Below, piece after piece: positions 28,733 to 37,781 of a DNA stretch of 64,000 nucleotides (position 1 is the stretch's first letter; the number at the start of each line of letters is the position of its first letter). The DNA comes from Spirochaetota bacterium (GTDB lineage Bacteria; Spirochaetota; UBA4802; UBA5550): assembly GCA_963664815.2 (NCBI GenBank), contig CAXXHB010000002.1, positions 96,001-160,000 on the forward strand. The letters are read 5' to 3'. The position numbers and the translations under genes were made by a program. The notes under the pieces are model-generated. The model was given only the letters and a program-made list of their open reading frames with translations, ran no database searches and was not told where the DNA came from.

Positions 28733-29473
28733 TTACTTTTCTGCCGGAGGAAGATATTCATTATGAATATTAGACATCGCAGCATATATATTCCGCCTGG
28801 CATTTTTATCCATACTTACCATTCCGGCAAGAAGCCGTTTCGCCCCCGCTCTTCTTGTTTCTTCACCATGAGGGCAGGTCTTTAACTGAGGAGGGTATCC
28901 CTTCAGTACGGCATATTCCCTTATTTCATCCTCGCCAAGGAGTATAAGAGGGCGGATAAGATCAAACTCCCCGTTGAACATTGACAAAGACGGAGGCATT
29001 GAACTTATAGCACCACAGGATATCATATTCATAAGAAGAGTTTCTATAGCATCATCCATGTGATGCCCGAAGGCCAGTTTATTGCATCCATCTCTTTTAA
29101 CGAAATCGAACAGTTCTTTTCTCCTCAGCCATGAGCAGATAAAGCATATTGACTTGTTTTTTTCTCTCGTCAAATCCGCTTCAGTTTCAATTATGTGAAG
29201 AGGCACATTCAGTTTATCACAAAAGCTGTTAAGAAAATTCAGGTCAGTCTCATACCCTATATTTTTTACATGTATATGTATCGCCTTTACGTCGTATTTC
29301 ACAGGGAGTCTTTTTCTTCTCCCTGCAATTGTTTCAAGCATTACAAGCGAATCCTTCCCCCCGGAAAGGGCAACTGCCACTCTGTCATTTTCTCTGATCA
29401 TTGTATAGGTGTTTATAGCCTTCCCCGCGCTTTTTTCAATTTTTAAAAAATACTGCTCAGCGCTGCTTTTCAT
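28733..29473 (-). CDS. ttcA: TtcA-family tRNA 2-thiocytidine biosynthesis protein (PP-loop)
   Basis: VALSGGKDS, CFICSWLRR, LAFGHHMDDAIETLLMN, LIRPL. Confidence 0.85.
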   Translation of the reverse strand: MKSSAEQYFLKIEKSAGKAINTYTMIRENDRVAVALSGGKDSLVMLETIAGRRKRLPVKYDVKAIHIHVKNIGYETDLNFLNSFCDKLNVPLHIIETEADLTREKNKSICFICSWLRRKELFDFVKRDGCNKLAFGHHMDDAIETLLMNMISCGAISSMPPSLSMFNGEFDLIRPLILLGEDEIREYAVLKGYPPQLKTCPHGEETRRAGAKRLLAGMVSMDKNARRNIYAAMSNIHNEYLPPAEK

Positions 29474-29489
29474 CTGTATTGTTTCAGAC

Positions 29490-32400
29490 CTATTTTTTCA
29501 GTAAATTCAGATTATAAATATTAAGCCTGTACCCATCCCAGTTTGAGGGATAACTATACCTGCTGTTTCTTTTAACCTTGTTAAGAGCTGCCGTAAATGA
29601 ACTCTGAAGAGATATACCCTTACATGCATTCCTGTAAAATTCTTCTATAAAAAGCGCATTGTTTGTATCCTGAACCGGCGAACTGTTCATCAGTGCAGCC
29701 TGCAGATTATAATCCCTTCCGGAAAGCAGGAAATCGTTAACTCCTGCCCCGCCGATTTCATCCGAAGGCGCAAAAAGAACAGCGTTTCCGCTTACTACAC
29801 TTCTGACAATCCTGCCCGAGACAGTATATTCTCTTCTCCCCTGGTTATACCTGATTTTATCAGACAAATGAATCATTCCGTTCCCCCGGCCAGGTTTTGT
29901 ATCAAAACCCGCTCCGGATTCTTTAATAGCAACCCTTCCGAGATATGCGGCCATTGCCTTGTTGCCATCCGGAAGAAAAATTTCTCTGGCAAACGGACTG
30001 CTCTCTGTTGAAGAGACCAGAAGTGAGGGAATATAAAGAAATATCGATTTATCCGAAATCATCTCTCCATCACCGGAAATTTCAAACGGAATCTTTTCTG
30101 AATCTGAATCGGGTGAAATAAGAATAACATTTTTACCCTTCATCATTGTATATAGAGGTGATAAAATATTTGCCAACTCTTTTGAAACGGCTGTCAGGTC
30201 TTTCCCTGACGCTGATGTATTTTTATATGTACTCTGCGTCTTCAGGAATGATGCGTAACCATTTTCAATTACAAACGCTTTCTTCGATTTTTTGTCCGCT
30301 GTCCATACAAAAAGGTCATCCCTTATTTTAGCAATATTAACATATAATCCGTTGTCAGGGAGGATACTCTGTACCGCCTCAATATCGATTGTCCCGGCAT
30401 ACTTAAACAGGTTTGTTCCACATCTTGATGATGCGATAAGAAGCTTTTTTACTTCATTATAATAATGGGCATCTGTATGCTGTCCGGTTCTCATTTTATA
30501 GTTGATGAACTCTTCAAATACACTCCCGGTCATATCCCTGTATCCCCTGCGGTTCAGCAGTTCAGTATCATGCTTAACAAGAGAAAGTGCCGATGAAAAG
30601 AGTTTCTCAAACTGGGCAGCATCTGCCATTGAAGCTTTTTTAAGTGAACTCAGCCTGTGAAGCTCAAGAAGCGAGAGCTGCAGGTTGAGCATATATTTTC
30701 TGTCAGGAGACAGATTTTTCATTTTAGTCAGGAGATTCCCTTTTATCTCAGCCTCCTTATATTTTTCAGATTTTATATAAAGATTCATTCGTAAAAGCAG
30801 CATATCAACATAGTTTTTATCTTCCGGGGAAAATTCCTCCTCCGCAGAAAGCGCTATATCGTAACTCTGCTGATAATCCCCCATAAGGTAGTAATTCAGC
30901 GATGCAGCCAGAACCGTTTCTCTCTTAACTGAATTAAATGATTTCTCCCTTGAGATTTTCAGAATATTATTCAGTATAAATACACGATCTTTATAGTTTT
31001 CCCTCTCTGAAAAAAAGTCATCAATTGTTTTCAGCAAAATCAGAGATGATAAACTATCCCCCTTTGATATTATCCCCTCAATATTTACTGACTTTCCGAA
31101 CTGCAGCAGATCCTCATCCGGAGTTTTTCCTTTCTGGCGTAATAATGTTTCAAGAACAGGATAAACAGAGAGTTCATCAAGACCTTTATCCCCGCGGACA
31201 AGCCTGAGCGCCTCATCCCTCTGGGCGGTAAGATCACTGGTGTTCCACAGATCTGCGATTCTGTCAAATCTGATAGATTTTCCATGTGGAGGTTTTACCC
31301 CGCTGATAATATTCCTCATAAGATGTTCACTCTTTGACAGATACGGATTTTCGGGTATCAGATCTGATATTTTAACGGCCCTGTCATCTTCAGCAAGAAA
31401 AAGATACTGTGCTGCCGGCATAATGTATCGTTCAGCAGGGAGGACAGTTTTATAAGGTTTCTTCAGCCCGGATAAGGTCTCCACTGCGGACAAATCCCCC
31501 TCTTTTATAATTCTTATCAGTGCAGTTAAAACTTTAACATCCTCCGGTACTCCATTCATTCCGGTAAAGCTGCCCAGCTCCTTCTCTGTATTATTTAAAT
31601 CCCCTGAATAAAAGCAGGAATATGCTTTTCTGATTTTCACCGCGTTTTTTTCATCATCATTTGCAGGAGTGAACGAATCGAGAACTGCCAGCGAATTTTT
31701 TATTCTGCCGCTTAAAAGCTCCATCAGCCATAAATTACCGATATACTCATTTGAATTTTTTTCCTTCTGAAGTGAATTCCATCTCGCCAGATGAACGGCA
31801 GCTTTTTTGAAATCCGCATTCTTCATACAGGAACTGAATTGAGAAAATTCCCTTTCCAGAACCTCGCGGTTATCAGCTTTAATATCGTTATATGTATTTA
31901 TATATCCCATAGTAAAAAATGGCACTGCCGGAATCATTACTTCTTTCCCGTATAATTTTTTTACTAATGGTAAAACAGTATCCCCCCCTTTTGCTGAAGT
32001 AACAATTACACGCTTTGTTCCCGCATAAAAAGCCCCTTCCATTAATGTTGTAAGATACTGGTAATCACATTTTGCACCTGTCTGGATAATACATGCAGGG
32101 GAGATGGAGGAGGAGAACATCTCTTCCGCCGTTATGTCTTTCCCTGAACCGGCAATGTCAACAATCAGCGAATAATCTGAAAAAGATTTATCTTTCCCCT
32201 CTGACACCGCAAGATTAACTCCTTCAACTGATGTTCCATTGACTGCATTTTCTTCGCTGTAGATACTGCCCGTAAAGCTGTTCGAATCCTTTAAATAGTA
32301 TGGTATTCTGTCGAGAGTGTTAATAAAAATATAATCGGAGGATGACTTCAGGCTTCCGTTGTTAACCATATCTATTACCGGATCGCTGAGAAGAATAAAT

Positions 32401-35400
32401 ACAGGCAACCCCTGAGTTCCGGCGAGTATACTGCTTATGTTATCCTTCACATATCCCGATGTCATCTTTGCTTTTGAGATTTTCCAGTAGAAGAGGCCTT
32501 TACCGGTTTCATGAAACCTGAAAATATTATTGTTCACGGCAGGTTCAATGTAACCGGGTATATCAACGTAAGGTTTTATGGAACTATTGCTGTTTCCGAT
32601 CTCTTTGATAACAGCTTTAAGTTTATCCTCCTCAAGGGATATATCTTTCTTTTTCGATACTATTTCTTTTGAGACGGGATCTGCTCCTGAAAGTAAAAAT
32701 GATGTCAGTTCATTGCGCAATGCTGCAAGCTTTCCAAGCCCGGATGAATACTCATAGTACTTCTTCCGGTCATACTCATTGCTGAATTCCGGAGAAAGCG
32801 AACTTATTGAAATGATCCTTGCAACACGGGAATATCTCTCGGCAATTTCAAAGGCTTTTTTTTCAACTCCTCTCTCTATCAAAAAATTTATATAATCATT
32901 GTAGATTGTTTTAACCCTGTTTGCATGAGAACTGTAGACCGCAGGAAATTCCTCAATTAGCTGAATTGCCTGGCTGAAATACCTGTCGGCCATGGATTGG
33001 GAATCAGTTTTTTCCACCTCTCTCCCGTTCTGATTGAGAAAATTTCCCAGTTTATGGCATGAATTTATTTTTACCCACGAAAGTGAATTCTTTTCACTTA
33101 TACTGTTGGCATCCAGAAGCGAAACATATGCTTTTTCATAATCACCGGTTTTTTCATAACAGGACGCTGCATTCATCAGCAGTTTAGCCTTTAGCTCTTT
33201 ACTTCCCGACTTATCCGCCTCGGAGACAGCTGACTCAAAACTTTTAATACCCTCTTTATATAAATTAAAAATATCCCTGTTAACAGAATAGAGATCAGCT
33301 GCTTTTGAAGCCGACTTCCCGGAGAGAACAGGATCAGATGCATAAAGAATCTCTGCAAGATAATATTTCAGGATAGAGGCTGATACATCCAGCGAATAGT
33401 AGATTGCCACCGTCTCCTGTTCAATACGCTCTTTTGCTTCAGATAATTCCTGTTCAGAAACCTTCTCCTTTTTCTTTTCAGCCTTCTGTTCAAGAACCTC
33501 TGTCTCCTGTGCAATCCTTATACTGTAATAGTTTTTCCTGTAGCTTTCTATCTTCCCTATGAGTGATGATATTTTTTTTTGCCATTCTTTTACATCGCTG
33601 ATGTTATCCTCAATCATCAGGGCATAAAGGTTGACAAGATTCATCATCGCTTTTTTTGTTCCATCAAGGTTTGATTTCTCCCCGGCCAGGTCCCCCGCCC
33701 TGTTGAAAGAGATTTCGGCATCCTTTAACTTTCCTGAAACATAATAATAATATCCAAGATTATTAAGGGAGCGTATCCTTGCATCAACAGCAACCGAGGT
33801 TGTGGCCTCTTCGAGAACCATGATTTTTTCTTTAAGATACCTGATTGCCTCGGTATAATTTCCCGACTCAACTGCAATCTCCTCGTACAATGAGAGGTTT
33901 AGAAGTTTCTTATCCCGCGTATCAAGAGGGTAGAATATTTTATTGTTGCCAATTACCGCCGCATCTGCCCCGAGATTCAATACTGGAAATGGGCCCAACC
34001 CGAAAAGCTTTATCCTAAGATAGTATTTCCTTTCATCATCAGGGTACTTTTCAAGCATCGTCGCAGCGCGATCCAGGTTGTACTTGGCACTGTCAGGTCT
34101 CCCTGTCTTGATATAACAGTATGCTAATTCCTGGTAATAACGCGCCCTGTCAATTGTGAGTTTGTTGTCTTCAGCATATTTCAGTATCTTCCTGTACCAC
34201 TCTATTGCCTCAGTATATCTGTTCTCCTCCCTGCTGAACAGTGCAAAATACCTGTAAATTGTCAGATACTGGTATTTATACTTTTCACTCCCGCCGCTGA
34301 GAGACAGTGAATTATATATCTCATACGCTTTTTTTATCTCTTCTTCCGCTTCTTTTATGTCACTATTCTGCCATAATGAATATCCCAGATGAAAATGAAA
34401 GAGAGCTTTCTCAATGTCAGAGCCGAAACTTTTTTTATACTTCTCTGCAAGTTTGTACTCTTTCAATGCCCTGGGGTAATTCAGAAGAAGAAAATAGCTG
34501 TTCGCCATATTCAGATGCAGGTTACCCTCGTTTTCAGGTTTCAGACTTTCATCATTCACATTCAGGGCTTTCTCAAGGATAACCAGGTTTTCCTCCCAGA
34601 GATGTTTCGGGAAAAGTTTTCCGGCATACTTTTCAGCATTATCACCATTTGTATTCCTTTCCAGATCAATATACTGGTAAATCCAGCTTTTAAGTATATA
34701 AGGTTCAATGAAGGTATCATCCATAAAAAGGGCCCAGTCTACCTGTTCATCAGCCTTTTTAAATGCCTCATATATACCTGAAGGTGAAACAAAAACATTG
34801 TTATCGACAATTGATGTATTCAGCATCAGTGCTTTTTTCGTATAAATATAACCTAATCCGTATATTGCCGCTCTGTCAAAATCCATCCTGTATACAGAAA
34901 GATTGTTTTCATATTTCTTTTCCAGCTCTGCGATTCCCGTTTTACTATTCCACTCAGTATAAGCATCAATATAGAGAATATGGGCTTTCGGAGCATACTC
35001 TGTGTAAACTTCCGGATAAAGTCTGTTATTATGCATAAGAGTAACAAGGAAAATAAGTTTATCATATGTTTCGACAGCGTCTTTAAACTTTGCCGACTGT
35101 ACACTTTTCTCCCCGGTCTGTTCATAGTAGTTTACAAGCCAGAGCAGCCTCTCTTTGAAATTTTCTGTTTTAAAACGCCTCGAGTATTTTTTTACTCCGG
35201 CGCTGAAATATTTTTCGGCTTCAACAAAACGGCTCTGTCGTCTCTCTATCTCCCCGAGTTTTATATTCGACAGATAAGATGTAATATCATTCGGATGGGA
35301 CAGAGTAATAGACTGAAGTAGCTCCTCCCGGCTCTTATCTGATGAACCTTTACTGTCATACAAAAGACCGGCTACATAAGTCAGAACCGCCTGAATTTTT

Positions 35401-37184
35401 TTATCATCCTTATACTTAGCTTTAAGGTTCGATATCTTCGTAAGATATGTGTCTATCTCGGATGAGCTGTAAGCTGATCTGCTGAACGGTTCCACAAGAT
35501 TTTTGATGATCGATATTTTCTGATTGGTATTACCTTTGTTTAAAACTGTTACTGCTGAATCAGATATACCGGTTCTGCGGAGATCGTCGCCGCATAACGA
35601 AATCTTCAACTGTATGTCCAGCAGTCTTTCGAAATCGGGGAACTTCCCGGCAATATTGTTCAGATATTTAAGGGCAGAGGGATAATCCCCTTTTCTTATA
35701 AACCCATCAGCGATACTCTCAAGCGCGAAAGGTAGATAATATTTTACGTTTTTATCCCCTTCAAATTTTTTTTCAACGGATGAAATTTCAAGACCACCCT
35801 TACCTTCACCCTGTTTTTCAACTATATCAAGGATAAATGATGCATAGATATCCTTACTGTCAGACCTTTTTTTTATGATGGATATAATTCTCTTTGCCTC
35901 GTCGCTTTCTCCGCTCTTTTTATAATAGAGTGCCGCCTCTTCAAGCGCCCTGTCTACATAAGCACGCGAAGTGTTGTCAGTGTTTGCACCGAAATTAATG
36001 AAAACTGATTCAAGTGAGAGGAGATATTTTTCCCTGTCATCATATTCCTCAAGGTATGTGCTGCACATCTCATACTGAAGCCTGGCATTCTGTTTCTTCG
36101 GGATAATACCAGCTTCAGGTATAATGTTCAGGTTTATATTCTCTCCGGTAATATCAGTATAAATAATAACTCCGTTGTAATCCCTTGTGGAGAGAACAGG
36201 GAGCCACTTAGCCTTAAAGGATGAATCCGTCTTTTTCGTCATGGGATAAGAAAGGCCTTTTTTCGTGTCGATACACCTTATGATGGACCTGTCCTGAAGA
36301 TCAAGCACTCCGTTTTTATTGGTGTCCGATTCTATCGATGAATAGATTATGCTTGTATCGGTATTCATAAATGAAGGGTATAGCTTGATATTTTTATCTG
36401 AAGTAACTCTGCCCTCTTTGCCGCTATTAATATCCAGAATATAAAGATCGCCATTTTCATTTTCCCTGTACGAAACAAACACCAGTTTATTTCCATCCAT
36501 GGAGAATGAAGGATATTGCCCCCCCTTTTCGGTCAGCTTTTTCTTGTCAGAACCATCTGAATTCATAATCCAGATATTGGCAGTTCCACCCTTCGAAGAA
36601 GAATATGCAATTCTCCGGCTGTCAGGGCTCCATACGGGGTTGGCATCTTTTGTATTTATTATAACTCCTGAATCCATATCTCTTTCTATCGATATATTCA
36701 CAGCTATGTCATCAAGCGCCGAAAGAGCTGTAACAGATTTCTCCTGTTTTTTAATTAAATCTTCCGGTTTTATTTTCATTACAAAGATATCGCCCTCAGG
36801 GTCATCCCTGAAGGAGACAAAGGCCAGCCTTTTCCCGTTTGGTGATATTACAGGGGTAATATCCTTTGACGGGTGTGAAGTGAGCCGTACTGTAGTTATG
36901 TCTGTCATGGACCGAAGATAAATATCGAAGTTCCCGCCATCGCTGTTTGAAGAATAAAAGAAATACTTCCCGTCTCTCGAGATATCGCCGTCTGTTTCAA
37001 CAGCCTGCCCTATAGTGACAGGAATTACTCTTCCTACATTGAATCTGTAATCCTTGTCAATTATACCCTGGTAACTGAACTTAACATCTCCCGCATTTTT
37101 ATCATCACAGGAGAGAACAAAAGCCAGTACCGGTATTATTAAATATATTATTCTCTTTATAATTCTGTTCATTGCCATAGTCAA
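29490..37184 (-). CDS. Giant lipoprotein: TolB-like PD40 propeller, long TPR array, degenerate CHAT-like domains
   Basis: Lipobox FVLSC. PD40 repeats (ISPNGKRLAFVS, PVWSPDSRRIAYSS, PSFSMDGNKLVFVS). TPRs (RSLNNLGYYYYVSGKLKDAEISFNRA). C-terminal LISPDSDSEKIPFE...YIPSL...YPSNWDGYRL. Confidence 0.8.
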   Translation of the reverse strand: MTMAMNRIIKRIIYLIIPVLAFVLSCDDKNAGDVKFSYQGIIDKDYRFNVGRVIPVTIGQAVETDGDISRDGKYFFYSSNSDGGNFDIYLRSMTDITTVRLTSHPSKDITPVISPNGKRLAFVSFRDDPEGDIFVMKIKPEDLIKKQEKSVTALSALDDIAVNISIERDMDSGVIINTKDANPVWSPDSRRIAYSSSKGGTANIWIMNSDGSDKKKLTEKGGQYPSFSMDGNKLVFVSYRENENGDLYILDINSGKEGRVTSDKNIKLYPSFMNTDTSIIYSSIESDTNKNGVLDLQDRSIIRCIDTKKGLSYPMTKKTDSSFKAKWLPVLSTRDYNGVIIYTDITGENINLNIIPEAGIIPKKQNARLQYEMCSTYLEEYDDREKYLLSLESVFINFGANTDNTSRAYVDRALEEAALYYKKSGESDEAKRIISIIKKRSDSKDIYASFILDIVEKQGEGKGGLEISSVEKKFEGDKNVKYYLPFALESIADGFIRKGDYPSALKYLNNIAGKFPDFERLLDIQLKISLCGDDLRRTGISDSAVTVLNKGNTNQKISIIKNLVEPFSRSAYSSSEIDTYLTKISNLKAKYKDDKKIQAVLTYVAGLLYDSKGSSDKSREELLQSITLSHPNDITSYLSNIKLGEIERRQSRFVEAEKYFSAGVKKYSRRFKTENFKERLLWLVNYYEQTGEKSVQSAKFKDAVETYDKLIFLVTLMHNNRLYPEVYTEYAPKAHILYIDAYTEWNSKTGIAELEKKYENNLSVYRMDFDRAAIYGLGYIYTKKALMLNTSIVDNNVFVSPSGIYEAFKKADEQVDWALFMDDTFIEPYILKSWIYQYIDLERNTNGDNAEKYAGKLFPKHLWEENLVILEKALNVNDESLKPENEGNLHLNMANSYFLLLNYPRALKEYKLAEKYKKSFGSDIEKALFHFHLGYSLWQNSDIKEAEEEIKKAYEIYNSLSLSGGSEKYKYQYLTIYRYFALFSREENRYTEAIEWYRKILKYAEDNKLTIDRARYYQELAYCYIKTGRPDSAKYNLDRAATMLEKYPDDERKYYLRIKLFGLGPFPVLNLGADAAVIGNNKIFYPLDTRDKKLLNLSLYEEIAVESGNYTEAIRYLKEKIMVLEEATTSVAVDARIRSLNNLGYYYYVSGKLKDAEISFNRAGDLAGEKSNLDGTKKAMMNLVNLYALMIEDNISDVKEWQKKISSLIGKIESYRKNYYSIRIAQETEVLEQKAEKKKEKVSEQELSEAKERIEQETVAIYYSLDVSASILKYYLAEILYASDPVLSGKSASKAADLYSVNRDIFNLYKEGIKSFESAVSEADKSGSKELKAKLLMNAASCYEKTGDYEKAYVSLLDANSISEKNSLSWVKINSCHKLGNFLNQNGREVEKTDSQSMADRYFSQAIQLIEEFPAVYSSHANRVKTIYNDYINFLIERGVEKKAFEIAERYSRVARIISISSLSPEFSNEYDRKKYYEYSSGLGKLAALRNELTSFLLSGADPVSKEIVSKKKDISLEEDKLKAVIKEIGNSNSSIKPYVDIPGYIEPAVNNNIFRFHETGKGLFYWKISKAKMTSGYVKDNISSILAGTQGLPVFILLSDPVIDMVNNGSLKSSSDYIFINTLDRIPYYLKDSNSFTGSIYSEENAVNGTSVEGVNLAVSEGKDKSFSDYSLIVDIAGSGKDITAEEMFSSSISPACIIQTGAKCDYQYLTTLMEGAFYAGTKRVIVTSAKGGDTVLPLVKKLYGKEVMIPAVPFFTMGYINTYNDIKADNREVLEREFSQFSSCMKNADFKKAAVHLARWNSLQKEKNSNEYIGNLWLMELLSGRIKNSLAVLDSFTPANDDEKNAVKIRKAYSCFYSGDLNNTEKELGSFTGMNGVPEDVKVLTALIRIIKEGDLSAVETLSGLKKPYKTVLPAERYIMPAAQYLFLAEDDRAVKISDLIPENPYLSKSEHLMRNIISGVKPPHGKSIRFDRIADLWNTSDLTAQRDEALRLVRGDKGLDELSVYPVLETLLRQKGKTPDEDLLQFGKSVNIEGIISKGDSLSSLILLKTIDDFFSERENYKDRVFILNNILKISREKSFNSVKRETVLAASLNYYLMGDYQQSYDIALSAEEEFSPEDKNYVDMLLLRMNLYIKSEKYKEAEIKGNLLTKMKNLSPDRKYMLNLQLSLLELHRLSSLKKASMADAAQFEKLFSSALSLVKHDTELLNRRGYRDMTGSVFEEFINYKMRTGQHTDAHYYNEVKKLLIASSRCGTNLFKYAGTIDIEAVQSILPDNGLYVNIAKIRDDLFVWTADKKSKKAFVIENGYASFLKTQSTYKNTSASGKDLTAVSKELANILSPLYTMMKGKNVILISPDSDSEKIPFEISGDGEMISDKSIFLYIPSLLVSSTESSPFAREIFLPDGNKAMAAYLGRVAIKESGAGFDTKPGRGNGMIHLSDKIRYNQGRREYTVSGRIVRSVVSGNAVLFAPSDEIGGAGVNDFLLSGRDYNLQAALMNSSPVQDTNNALFIEEFYRNACKGISLQSSFTAALNKVKRNSRYSYPSNWDGYRLNIYNLNLLKK

Positions 37185-37190
37185 TCTTCC

Positions 37191-37781
37191 CTATTTCTTC
37201 CTTGCCCATGTTCCGGAGTTTTCCTGGATCCATTCATCCTTTGCAGCCAGCCCCCTCTGATCAGCGGCAAATTCCCTGCCGAAGGCATCTGTCTCGCTCT
37301 TATCCGGTTCACTCCCTTTTGAAAGAAAAACAGAACGTTTAAAAATCTCCCTCCTTGCCCGGTTCTCCTCGTCTATAACAGCTGAAAGAATCTTTTTTTC
37401 TGCCGGGGATGATTCATACCTCTTTGTTTCCATATACTGGATATACCCCGTACTGGTTTCACCAAGCGCCCCCTCGCTTTTATACTCCCGTATTTTGTCA
37501 TAGTGGTATTCTCTCACCTTCATATATTTGAAGAGTTCCGGATCACCGGACATCTTCCCTGAAGTATTCCTCTTAGCTACAGTTGTTTTAACCGACGAGA
37601 CGGTCCATGCATCCTTTTCAAGCTCCATGTAATCTCCGACAATCTGCCTTTCAATAACAGTTTTTTCACCGGTAAGGTTAACCTCCGGCGATACTATACT
37701 TATACAACTCGGAGTTGAGCTGCACCCTGCGGTAATTACTGCTGCCGCTGCAGCTGTGATGATTATAATTTTTTTATACAT
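37191..37781 (-). CDS. DUF1318/YdbL-family lipoprotein
   Basis: Lipobox ITAGC. YKSEGALGETSTGYI, VIDEENRARREIF, EWIQENSGTWARK. Confidence 0.85.
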   Translation of the reverse strand: MYKKIIIITAAAAAVITAGCSSTPSCISIVSPEVNLTGEKTVIERQIVGDYMELEKDAWTVSSVKTTVAKRNTSGKMSGDPELFKYMKVREYHYDKIREYKSEGALGETSTGYIQYMETKRYESSPAEKKILSAVIDEENRARREIFKRSVFLSKGSEPDKSETDAFGREFAADQRGLAAKDEWIQENSGTWARKK

